DNA of 64,000 nucleotides from NCBI GenBank assembly GCA_907165135.1, contig OU015566.1, positions 10,354,001-10,418,000 on the forward strand. The letters are read 5' to 3'. Position 1 is the stretch's first letter. Each line of letters opens with the position of its first letter. The position numbers and the translations under genes were made by a program. Shown here piece by piece: positions 1 to 11,237 of the stretch. The notes beneath the pieces are model-generated. The model was given only the letters and a program-made list of their open reading frames with translations, did no database searches and had not been told where the DNA came from. This DNA comes from Oikopleura dioica (Eukaryota; Animalia; Chordata).

Positions 1-345
1 CTTAGGAAGAGGGCGATTATCGCCAGCGAAGCCCCGAAGCACACAACCATCGAGTAGCTGAAGCACCGAGGCACCGAGGCCTTGCATTGCTCCCAGACGT
101 TCTACAAAAAAATTACCTTGTGTCCTTGTTGATTTCATATCTCTCTCTTACCTGGTGGCGGCGAGTCGGATGGGTGCCGTTTGGAGCAACAGACATCGTC
201 GTGTAAGTTGGTTTCGAACTAGATCGACGTTTTGACTTGAAGAACATTGTTTTTATAATAATTACCTCTGCTGCACTCGAATACGTTCTTGTTGCGGTGG
301 CGCTGGAACAACGAACTGATGGTTTTGCCAATTCGACGCTACAGT
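1..345 (-). CDS. Partial multi-exon gene of unknown function running off the left edge, with a hydrophobic (TM-like) segment
   Basis: Manual splicing with GT-AG introns gives ...LAKPSVRCSSATATRTYSSAAE|SKRRSSSKPTYTTMSVAPNGTHPTRRHQ|NVWEQCKASVPRCFSYSMVVCFGASLAIIALFL; no family recognised. Confidence 0.3.
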
Positions 346-839
346 ATCGGCGCTAGCGGAAGCCGGCCCGAGGTTGGTGCTCTGAGAACCGATATTCTCG
401 TTCATATCTATAACTATAAGCCGTGAGAAGCGGTAAACTTGAATCAATTTTTCTATCAAATAGCGCTTTGTCTCTCAGAAACGAGTTTTTTTCAAAACAA
501 ACAAGTTCAACAGGGTCAAAGTTGTATCTGCTAGAATATATTTTCGTAAATTCTTCTCTTAAAATTTTATTCCTTCTCTTGATGACGTAAGTATGCCGGC
601 TTGAGCAAGCGAAAACCCAAATCTCGAAATGAAAAAACACCGGCGACCACTCCCCATTTACATGCCAACTTTTTTCTAGACTGCAAACCAGACAAGCGAC
701 GCGACTACTACACAACCAAAACCTGCTCTACCACACCAAAATTAAAACACAGAATTGTTTTTTAAATTTTAAAAGACATTTATTTTAGAAAAAAACAGAT
801 GATAAAATGTCTTTTACATCCTTTTTTGCAAAGGGAGAA

Positions 840-2448
840 TTAGAAAGTCTTCTTTTTCCAGAGTCGGGCGTCACCAAAGCAGAAGGTGGCGTGAGGCGTA
901 TCGATGATCGCCGAATACTCTCCGGAGTACAACTCCCGTTGAAAGTCCTGGAGCTGCGCACCTTTTTCGCGAAAATAGTTTAGCATTCGCGTTCTAGCCA
1001 CCGAAAAAGGATCGCTGCCGTTCTTGTGCACTAGAAAATGTTATTTAAAAATTTTTTCATTTTAAAACAAAAAACTTACCTGGATCCGGCATGGTGAGCA
1101 TCGGTTGGGTAATTAATACCCCTGGATTCTTGGTTGGAATCCTGTGGAGGGTGTTGCCATAGCCGACGAAGACCTCATCGTCTTTGGCAAATTTAATCGT
1201 CTTCTTGCCACAGTTGACGACGTTGACAGGGCGGCCAGAAATCCAGACCACTCCGTAGGATTGCGCGATGGGCTCCTTCTTTCGTCGCAAAGGAGGACCA
1301 GCGACGGGCTGACCAGGTCGTTTGCGGCTGGTAGATGGAGCAGGCTCCTCGAGACCAACGGTGTCCAAGGCATCCGTCGACCCGATTCTTCGAGCCTCTC
1401 GCTGCTCGCGCAAGTAGTTCTGGACTTGCCGAGGATGAGCTCCTTCGTCGACTTTAGGAGCGTTGAAGAGGGCCTGGGTGTACCTTGAATTTTTATTTAA
1501 TTGAAAAAACAAAAAATATTCACTTACCCGATTTGGCACTCCAGGTTTGGGCCGAATCGGTAGAATTGACCACTTCCGCCCATGCTTGGAGGCATAGCGG
1601 GGAGAGGATAAGCTGGATTTGGGGTAATACAGCTTGGGTGTTGGTACAATCTCGCACCACAAGTATGCTCCGGGTGGAGTCCTGTAAAAGGACTCGGCGG
1701 AAGAGGAGTTCCAATTGGAGCTCCAGGGACGAAGACGTGGGGGCGGTTCAGCATCGGAGGGAAGCTGAAAACCTGAGGCTGGACGGAAATTCCAGCATAA
1801 GGGCTAGCAACGTAAGGAGCTCCTAGCGGTGTTGGTGTTGTTCCTGGCCATTGGTTGAAGCCAGCAGCTGGACCAACAGTTGGGGGAAGTGGCGCAGCCA
1901 TCGGAACTGGAATCTCGTCGACGTTTGCATTCGCCGCGGGAATGTCCAGATTCGCGATTTTCGGAGCCTTGCGTCGTCGAGCGAGATCCGAATCCTTTTA
2001 AAATTGTTTTTCAATTTTTTTCTAGAATAAGTTTCTAGAATAAATTTGTTTTTAAACAATTTCCTTGTGTCCCTCTGGAGGAACATCCCAACCGCCTTCG
2101 GGATTTGCAAACGGACGTTCTTGAAAGAAGAACGACGATTCGTCGACAGTAGAATCCTGAGAGTTAGGATCCCAAGCGCCGTTGAACGTCTGATCCAGCT
2201 GATAAGACGTATCTTAATAATTTTTGATTATTTTTTATTCAATTAAAACAATAAAATATCGATTTATAATTACTAGTCTTTTATATAAAAACATACCCGT
2301 TGCCACCGTCATGCAGGTGAGGTTCAACAGATCCTCATAAGCAGGAGCCCAGTCTCCCAACGTAGGCCTTTCCTTCTTTTTGAAGACAGACGAGAGCTTT
2401 AAAAAGATAAAAATTTTGAGAGAAATTCATGCATCTTACCTTGTGCAT
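840..2448 (-). CDS. Six-exon hypothetical protein with a Pro-rich middle region
   Basis: ATG CAC AAG at 2448 then gtaag; exons join in frame (MHK|LSSVFKKKERPTLGDW...|DTSYQLDQ...PPEGHK|DSDLARRRK...QIG|YTQALFNAP...PDP|VHKNGSDPF...KKTF*); explains ORFs 1524-1901, 1057-1662 and 840-1031; one junction needs a GA donor. Confidence 0.6.
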
Positions 2449-3539
2449 TTTTCTTCAAAATTTGCGTTACCCCTAGGATGCAAATTTGAGAACTGACTCC
2501 TTTTTTTCAATTTGACTTGACAACATGTGATCCTTAAAAACATTCTAGAAAAGATCCAACACAAGATTAATTTAAAAACACAAATAAAAAATTTTTTTAT
2601 TTTTTTGAAGAATTTGTAAACAAAAGTTGTTCTAGAACTGTCGAATGTCAAAATTTTGATGATATCAACCGTGATCACTGTCTAAGCGATAATTTTTATT
2701 TTAAACAGTAACTCCCGCATTGATTCTATCAAATCAGTCGAATGTAACAAATATTTTTAAACACAGTATAATTCTATCAGATACTCATATATTTTTAATA
2801 GAACTTTACTGTGTAAATAATTTTTGTCGAATGTACCATAAGGTGAATAAAAGGTACCCGCTCTTATCAGCATTTATTTTTCAAATTAGCTCATAAAAGC
2901 AAAGTTACCCAATTTACCCGAATGGTCGAATGATCCACTAACAAATCAATGGTCAAACTCTTTCTTCAACTTAAAATAATATTGCTGAAGGTGAACAGTA
3001 AAACCATCGATAAGCGTAGAATGAAAATACAGAGGGACAAGATAGCGTACTCTCTCAATTCTTTTTTCTCAAGATAAAAATTGACACTGTCACGCTACTT
3101 ATTTCTCTGTAAAAATATCACTTGTAGTTTTCAACGCCAAAATTTCATCCTGCTCTGTAACCTAAGAAAACAAAATTCTTAAACTACAGAAGCAGAGTAA
3201 AATGTTAACATATATAAACACACTATTCTCTCGTCGTTGATTGCACTATTTTACAGTTTGGAAAGGCGTCAACTCCGTTTTTTATTACTAATAACAGACT
3301 TAGAAGCTTCCCAAACTGTAAAAAGTTACATTTTTAAAATCTCTGGTTCAACAAATATTTCTCGTAATTTATATACATGCCAGCTGAAAGCAAAATGGAA
3401 ACTTGCAGCACAATAGCGCCACCATCTGAGCTCTTTTTTCAAATTTATCATTCATCCAATTTTCTCTGACATGAGTTTTTCTCCTAATTTTCTTTTTTGC
3501 TTCGTAGGCTTTCTAACAGCAAACTTACACATTCTTTTT

Positions 3540-6500
3540 CAGAACAGATTCTCGGTCGATTTACCTTACAAGACAACTTATTCGCCGGCAAGATATTTAA
3601 TCACAAGTTGAGCAACTCCCACAAACAAATCCTGAGAACAAAACGGTAGATTCTTAAGAATTATCTTTTTCTTCAAAATGATTCTATAATTTTACAAAAT
3701 CTTGTAGCCATCACTGAAAAGAAGACGATAAAACTCCTGCCGCCTGCAAAAACCATAACTTAGAAATTTCTGATCTGTTTAAATAAAATAAAATAAAACT
3801 TAAAATCTGACTCAAAACAATAAGCAGTAACAATACTTGTACTCGTGACAGCTAAACTCTACTTTTATTTTATTCAATTCTAGTCAAGATTTTAAAATTC
3901 TTTTTATTTTTTGTCGTTTTTATACAGTAGAGCAGAGCAAAGATTTCTTCTTCATATCTTCCCTTGGATGCTAAAAATCGATTGAAAACAAAATCGATTA
4001 TTGATTTCAAACCTGGAAAAGCGCAAGATCGGCAGCATTAGTGGTGCTAGAGGTGCGTGGGTGTTTGGTGGTGGCGGTGTGGAGCAAAGACTTTTTCCGG
4101 TTCTGCTCCTCAGTCGGCTTTTGTCGCTCGAGGGGAAAGGAGCTTTTTCCTTTTTCCTCATTTCTGGACAAAGTCGTCTGCTGATTACTTATTCAGCAAG
4201 TCATCAATCATCTGATGGCTCACCTGTCAAAATGACTCAATATCATTTTAAATCTGCATAGGTATGCAAAAGGAAGTCTAATTTTCAAACGAACCGCGCA
4301 AAAGGCGCTCAGCCAATGGGGTACGAGAAAAATTAGCAAAACCCCGTGCATACCTATACTACTGTCGTCGTCGGCTCGCCTCGTCGAAATTGATTCCTTC
4401 TCTTCGCAGCCAATGGAGGAGGATGCACCCACCCGTCGGCCAATCAATACGCGCGATGCAAGAAGCGAAAGTGCGGTCGCCCCTGTGGCACCGATAAATC
4501 CGCCTCGCGGCCAACAGTTTTCGGTCAACGCCCCAGGTCTTAGAAAATCGACCGGTGAGTCTTTCTTTTTTCGGGAATCAAATAACACGAGAAAAAACTT
4601 AAAAAAGGGAAATTGAAAGAACAAAAGAGCCCCCGACAGTAGTAAGACAATATCCTACCGTTATGACGCACATTACCACGCTGTTTGAATGGGAGGAGCG
4701 CTTTATTTTTCCGAGCGCAAATATTAGAATCCGAGAGAAAATTTTTTAACGATTTTTATTGTAATTTCTAATTTAATCGACATGGTAATTTGTATCTTTT
4801 GATTGATTTGAAAAGTGGGTAGTATTTTTTGAACAATGAATCTATTCAACATGAATTATGTTTCTTGATAATAACGATATCCCCAGTAATTACTGACGGT
4901 ACTATTCGTTATAAGTATTCATAGTTGATAAGAATATCTTATCGTCACCGTAATTCTTCTTAGATGGCTTGCATTAAAATTTTTTATAAGTCAATCAAGT
5001 AGAACAAAATGATTCCAGACAGTAAATAATGGCAAATAAATAGCTTCAGATTTTGAGATTTGGCGGAGCGATTCTCGTTACTGATTTCACCCCGAGCGCG
5101 ACGTGATAGGATCGCTTATTTTATGTCTGCTCGGTTTTTATATCCCTCTAAATATCCGCCAAATACTTACAACTTCTGATTCCAGCACGTATCGACCATT
5201 TTAACGACCTCGTAGAATACTTGAAAACAAGAGAAATTTCTTCAAAAGAAACACATGCTTGGCATATTTGTTGTAGAGGTCCATTTGGTTGCTTTTTGGC
5301 TAATTAAGTTCAAAAACAGCCAATTAAACTTTAATTTTTAATTGCTTCATTTTTAAAGAATCAACCGCTAATACTGCGTGCGAAAACATGGGCTGTGTGT
5401 ATGTGTATCTTGCCAAGCGCGTGCCAGCACTCTCTCTTTCAGGGTGGGGAAAGGTCTACGGCACGGCACGGCACTGCGGCACGGATACGGCACGGCACGT
5501 GCCGTGCCGTGCCGCTCCATTCAGTGAATTTCAGTTTGGACACGGCACGGTGCCGCGGCACTGGGGTTAGGGTAAGGCGGAGCCCCGTTCCTTGATTTTT
5601 AAATTTAAGGGGCTTGACGGCATTTCGGGCCGTTTCAGCCCCGTTCCTTGATTTTTAAATTTAAGGGGCTTGACGGCCCTTCGGGCCGTTTCAGCCCCGT
5701 TCCTTGATTTTTAAATTTAAGGGGCTTGACGGCCCTTCGGGCCGTTTCAGCCCCGTTCCTTGATTTTTAAATTTAAGGGGCTTGACGGCATTTCGGGCCG
5801 TTTCAGCCCCGTTCCTTGATTTTTAAATTTAAGGGGCTTGACGGCCCTTCGGGCCGTTTCAGCCCCGTTCCTTGATTTTTAAATTTAAGGGGCTTGACGG
5901 CCCTTTGGGCCGTTTCAGCCCCGTTCCTTGATTTTTAAATTTAAGGGGCTTGACGGCCCTTCGGGCCGTTTCAGCCCCGTTCCTTGATTTTTAAATTTAA
6001 GGGGCTTGACGGCCCTTCGGGCCGTTTCAGCCCCGTTCCTTGATTTTTAAATTTAAGGGGCTTGACGGCCCTTCGGGCCGTTTCAGCCCCGTTCCTTGAT
6101 TTTTAAATTTAAGGGGCTTGACGGCCCTTCGGGCCGTTTCAGCCCCGTTCCTTGATTTTAAATTTAAGGGGCTTGACGGCCCTTCGGGCCGTTTCAGCCC
6201 CGTTCCTTGATTTTTAAATTTAAGGGGCTTGACGGCATTTCGGGCCGTTTCAGCCCCGTTCCTTGATTTTTAAATTTAAGGGCTTGACGGCCCTTCGGGC
6301 CGTTTCAGCCCCGTTCCTTGATTTTTAAATTTAAGGGGCTTGACGGCCCTTTGGGCCGTTTCAGCCCCGTTCCTTGATTTTTAAATTTAAGGGGCTTGAC
6401 GGCCCTTCGGGCCGTTTCAGCCCCGTTCCTTGATTTTTAAATTTAAGGGCTTGACGGCCCTTCGGGCCGTTTCAGCCCCGTTCCTTGATTTTTAAATATA

Positions 6501-9500
6501 AGGGGCTTGACGGCCCTTCGGGCCGTTTCAGCCCCGTTCCTTGATTTTTAAATTTAAGGGGCTTGACGGTCCTTCGGGCCGTTTCAGCCCCGTTCCTTGA
6601 TTTTTAAATTTAAGGGCTTGACGGCCCTTCGGGCCGTTTCAGCCCCGTTCCTTGATTTTTAAATTTAAGGGGCTTGACGGCCCTTCGGGCCGTTTCAGCC
6701 CCGTTCCTTGATTTTTAAATTTAAGGGGCTTGACGGCCCTTCGGGCCGTTTCAGCCCCGTTCCTTGATTTTTAAATTTAAGGGCTTGACGGCCCTTCGGG
6801 CCGTTTCAGCCCCGTTCCTTGATTTTTAAATTTAAGGGGCTTGACGGCCCTTCGGGCCGTTTCAGCCCCGTTCCTTGATTTTTAAATTTAAGGGGCTTGA
6901 CGGCCCTTCGGGCCGTTTCAGCCCCGTTCCTTGATTTTTAAATTTAAGGGGCTTGACGGCCCTTCGGGCCGTTTCAGCCCCGTTCCTTGATTTTTAAATT
7001 TAAGGGGCTTGACGGCCCTTCGGGCCGTTTCAGCCCCGTTCCTTGATTTTTAAATTTAAGGGCTTGACGGCCCTTCGGGCCGTTTCAGCCCCGTTCCTTG
7101 ATTTTTAAATTTAAGGGCTTGACGGCCCTTCGGGCCGTTTCAGCCCCGTTCCTTGATTTTTAAATTTAAGGGCTTGACGGCCCTTCGGGCCGTTTCAGCC
7201 CCGTTCCTTGATTTTTAAATTTAAGGGCTTGACGGCCCTTCGGGCCGTTTCAGCCCCGTTCCTTGATTTTTAAATTTAAGGGGCTTGACGGCCCTTCGGG
7301 CCGTTTCAGCCCCGTTCCTTGATTTTTAAATTTAAGGGGCTTGACGGCCCTTCGGGCCGTTTCAGCCCCGTTCCTTGATTTTTAAATTTAAGGGGCTTGA
7401 CGGCCCTTCGGGCCGTTTCAGCCCCGTTCCTTGATTTTTAAATTTAAGGGGCTTGACAATAGCAGGGAACTCTGAGGTGATCAATTTCAGTTACTTCCCA
7501 AACCCCACCCACCCCCATTAACTGTTTAAATACAATTTATCAGGGTTTTAATTCAAATTATGGTTTTTATTCAGTTTTCAAAAAAAAAAATCAAAATTTT
7601 TCGAAAATAATTTTTCACGAAATTTCTCGGCCGATACCTACGTTGCAGACGAATTTATTAAATAAAATTATATTCAAATATAGTGTTTTTTACGAGAAAA
7701 AAACGGAAAAAACTGTGCCGTGCCGTGCTGTGCCGTGTCCCGGCACGCGTTCTTTTATTTTTTGCCGTGCCGTGCCGTGCCGCGGCACAGGAATTTTCGG
7801 TGTGCCGTGCCGTGCCGGTGCCGTTGAATTTTCTTAAGACATTCCCCACCCTGCTCTCTTTTTTGCAAAAAGAAGAAAAATCGTTATTTATCGATTAAAA
7901 AGGTTCAATTACGGCAGCCTACCGCGCAAAGCTTGATGTTGTATAAACTTTGATCCCACGACTCATTTAAAAGAATATTCAAAACTATTTTCAGAAGACA
8001 ATTTACCCCCGAGAACGAGTTATATCATCGAAGACAACGAAGAGAAGAGAGATTTGGGAACGAAAGAAAGCGAGGCGAAATGGGGCGAATTCAATGCGGA
8101 ATTAGATCGAATAGAACGCGAAGATCGCGAAATACGAATTCGTTTGTCGAATCTTTACAACGATGGTCCGGAGTTACAGTCAGCATCGAGGACAAATCAG
8201 CAGTATGAAGAAGACCTTCTTCCTCGGCCAACACAATCCAAGGTAGCTTTGGGCAGTGTTCTTTGTTAGTCCTGGCAGTTAATGCGGCGGGAATGAATTA
8301 TTCCTCGCCCTCATGTAATTTCTTGACCCATTGCAAATGAGCATATATTTTGCAGGAGACGCACTTAGAGTCTTGTACAGTGGGTTCTATAACAAGAACT
8401 TCGGATCAGTCAATTGTTAAAGGCGCGAGAGTAGGGTTGTAAAGTAGCTCTTTCTGATGACGGGACAGTTACATATTCATGACGTTTTATTAATTCGATC
8501 TAAAATTCACCCTAATTAAGTTATTTGTGTATATTTGTTAGTTTTACTTCCTTTCTTAGGTGTTTTTATTCTAATTTTCTTTCTTAGAGCTATAAACAAA
8601 CCCCTCCAATGTTCGACGTCACCCTTTTGGAATCAGCAGTAACCAGGGATAGTTCGAGAATCGTTATTCATGATGACATCTACTCACAGTTCCGAGTTTT
8701 GTAGCACTGTATCGAACTGAAATTAAAGACCATTCATTCAAAAGCCGTCAGAACTCCAGCTCGAGCGATCGAAAGAAGCTCTTCTTGTGAATTCGATTGC
8801 GGAAAATGTGCTGACCAAACTCGTCGACGATGTATTCATTGAAGCTGAAAACATAATGGGTAAGCTGTCTCTCAGTTTTGGTAGCGTTCCAAAACGGAGT
8901 AGCTCCAATTGGCTATTTGCATTCATGGCCTTGTGGCTTGTTATCATTTTTAATTTAAATGGCACTCGTTTTGAAAATGTATCTCAGACGAATCTTTTGA
9001 TTCTATGTTCTCGATTATTTTACGTAAATCGGGAAGATTATCTTTGAGAAAGCTGGAAATTATCGCTAATTATTCTGACTCTGACTGATTGAAAAAAGAT
9101 CATATGATTATATAATATTTTTAAATATATCGCTCTATTGATTTCATATTCAGGCGAGTACGTCGATCAAATATACCAAGAAGAACTTAACGGGATGGAC
9201 GAGTTCTCGGCAATATCAATCATTGCCTCCTCCATGATGTCAAGTCGTTCCCAATCGACCATGCGCAACCAAGCAACCCTCAATGAGTCGCAGGCAACTG
9301 CTCAGACAATTACCGAACTCGAGCTCTCCGAATCAAGAGATACTGAAACACATTCCATTGTGACTTGATCCTTCTTTAATTCCTTCGGAAAATTTTTAGC
9401 ATTCCTTCAAGCAGTGCCTGTTCAAACTTTTGTTTCTATTTTTATATCACAACATTTTCTTACTTTTCTAAACCTTTTCGAAGCTTGTTTCATTACTTAT

Positions 9501-9644
9501 CTGTGTTTTTCTGTATTTAGATTGGGAGAGTCTCCCCAAGGTGGCCCACGGTTGCTCAAAGGGCCCTTACAGCCGGTCCGAGCTGAATTCAATCCCCCGC
9601 GGCCGGCCATCAACGAGCAATCTGACACTGTAATTGAACTGTAA
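3540..9644 (+). CDS. Putative long multi-exon gene of unknown function; the hAT element lies in a probable intron
   Basis: Open exon-like blocks bounded by AG/GT at about 4262-4554, 7996-8242, 8742-8859, 9152-9360 and 9521-9644; complete structure not resolved; NSIAENVLTKLVDDVFIEAENIMGEYVDQIYQEEL loosely recalls the KIAA0753/moonraker C-terminus (weak). Confidence 0.35.
5440..7853. mobile_element. Non-autonomous hAT-like DNA transposon (2414 bp)
   Basis: TIR CAGGGTGGGGAA (5440-5451) / TTCCCCACCCTG (7842-7853); exact 8-bp TSD CTCTCTTT at 5432-5439 and 7854-7861; subterminal GGCAC pentamer arrays on the left and GTGCC arrays on the right; no transposase ORF. Confidence 0.92.
5581..7457. repeat. 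56-bp tandem minisatellite, 33 full units plus a 38-bp partial unit
   Basis: Unit AGCCCCGTTCCTTGATTTTTAAATTTAAGGGGCTTGACGGCCCTTCGGGCCGTTTC; nine units are 55 bp (single-base homopolymer deletions); few substitutions. Confidence 0.98.
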
Positions 9645-9686
9645 ACTTGTTGCCAACGCGAAATTATTCGACTATTTTAGCCTTGA

Positions 9687-10100
9687 ATGAGCGGGACAAA
9701 CCAAAACACTCTCCTCCATGTGAGGGGACAGCTGGAGCAGCTCAAGTTTGAGCTTCAAAAGTCGAGAATCTTAGTAAGTAAACTACGTTTAATAATAAGT
9801 ATCTTATACTTATAGTATCACATACTTTAAGCTTTTAATAATAGCCTGTGATTTGAATAATAACAGGCAATTATTCCTGTTAGTAAAAGCATCGATTGCA
9901 TTCTTCTCGTTATACAAAATTTCATAACGAAGAATCTGAACGGATGAATCAATCAGTTTTTATTATTGCTTTAGGTCTCGCAAGCAGTTCAGGAGCTGAA
10001 GGCTTACACGGAACAGAATCAACGTGAAGACCCCCTCGTAGTCGGTATACCTGCATCCATGAACCCGTTCAAAGAAAAACGCCCATGTAACTTACTGTAG
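9687..10100 (+). CDS. GNG: Heterotrimeric G-protein gamma subunit (70 aa, 2 exons: 9687-9773, 9975-10100)
   Basis: MSGTNQNTLLHVRGQLEQLKFELQKSRIL|VSQAVQELKAYTEQNQREDPLVVGIPASMNPFKEKRPCNLL*: GGL-domain motifs (VSQA, DPL, NPF) and C-terminal CAAX; GT-AG intron; missed by the ORF track. Confidence 0.92.
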
Positions 10101-10515
10101 AAGGTAAGATCAACTCGATTGCTGTACAAAAATCAAGTATTCGTAGCAATTGATCCTGCGCGTCTTTCTCAAGTCGCCGCAAACCGTCACACAGCTAAGA
10201 GTCATTAGATGTCTTTTTTTCTTATCATCAACGCCACTCTATCCGTCTCCCCCACTTATCATCACACTTCTGATGCCTCCTAAACCTACTATCCGGATAA
10301 CAGAACAACCAAACTGCTGACTCCCTAACAAACAAAAAAATAATCATTTATTGTCAGCTCCCCCCATTTTCCATTTTGTCAAAATTTCTTGATCTTGTAA
10401 CTATCAACAAAAAAACCGAAAAAACCCGTTTCATACTTTTCAATATCTATTCACACTTGTTTGTGCACCTGAAAGTTCACTTTGAGCCCTTTTTCCTTGT
10501 CTGGTTGCCGAGATT

Positions 10516-11237
10516 CTAGGCTGAAATTTTAACGAAACCATACCATATTATTTTGCAATCAACGAAGAGAGCTCCCACTGAAAAACTCAAAATCAAGCTT
10601 ATGCTTTTTCTTTCCTCCTTAATTTCCTCTTTACCATTTACCGTTTTCTTTGTAAATACTCTCAAATAATATCTACTGCTTTTTTTAATCGTTTCACAAA
10701 GAGCATTTCCGTGCGAATTTATGAAATGATTTGGCCCTGTGGAAGCCGACCTGATCCCAGATCGAGTCGGGGGCAATTTGATAATTCTTTCTTTCCGTTA
10801 ACTTTTTTACCTTATTGACTTGGTGGAGTATTCCGAGAGTCTCTTGGAAGCTTGGGAAGGGTTATTTTCGCTCAATTAATTATTTTTCATCGTTATCACG
10901 AGCACTTAACCGTCCCTGTTTCTATTCGCCCATGTCAGTATTGTTTTTTGAGCTTTGACCAACGTTCTGCCCCTGTAGTGAACCTCTTTCAAATTTCTCA
11001 GATGCTCTGCTATACTTGAAACAGTTTTCCTTCTTTAGCTTCATGGAATGTTGCCCAACTGAAAAGGTTTTGTGGTGGAACCGGGTGACGTAATTTTATG
11101 ATGCGCGCGGGAAATTGTTTCTTAGGGATAGAGCACTCTGGGGAAATTTCAAAGGCTGTTCTTTCTCTATCTCTCATCCTCTCGTTTAACGATGTGAGTC
11201 TGTGCAAGCGTTGTTTGATAGCGTTAATTGAAGACAA
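10516..11237 (-). CDS. Putative multi-exon hypothetical gene
   Basis: ORFs 11010-11237 and 10516-10776 with intervening short exon-like blocks and gta/gtt donors; no family recognised. Confidence 0.3.

Noticed and set aside
1-40. GCGAAGCCCC resembling the hairpin module
   Set aside because: It lacks the GGGG arm and is better explained as minus-strand coding sequence (FGASLAIIALFL)
5388-5595. ORFs 5388-5570 and 5395-5595 (also 7643-7898) with CRAVP/ARHG repeats
   Set aside because: They are translations of the GGCAC subterminal repeats of the hAT element
5581-7457. CRISPR-like look (palindromic repeat alternating with spacer)
   Set aside because: The spacers are identical, so it is a tandem repeat; there are no cas genes and the context is eukaryotic
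8787-9368. Naming the 3540-9644 gene KIAA0753/moonraker
   Set aside because: The similarity is limited to one short helix pattern recalled from memory; not enough for a symbol
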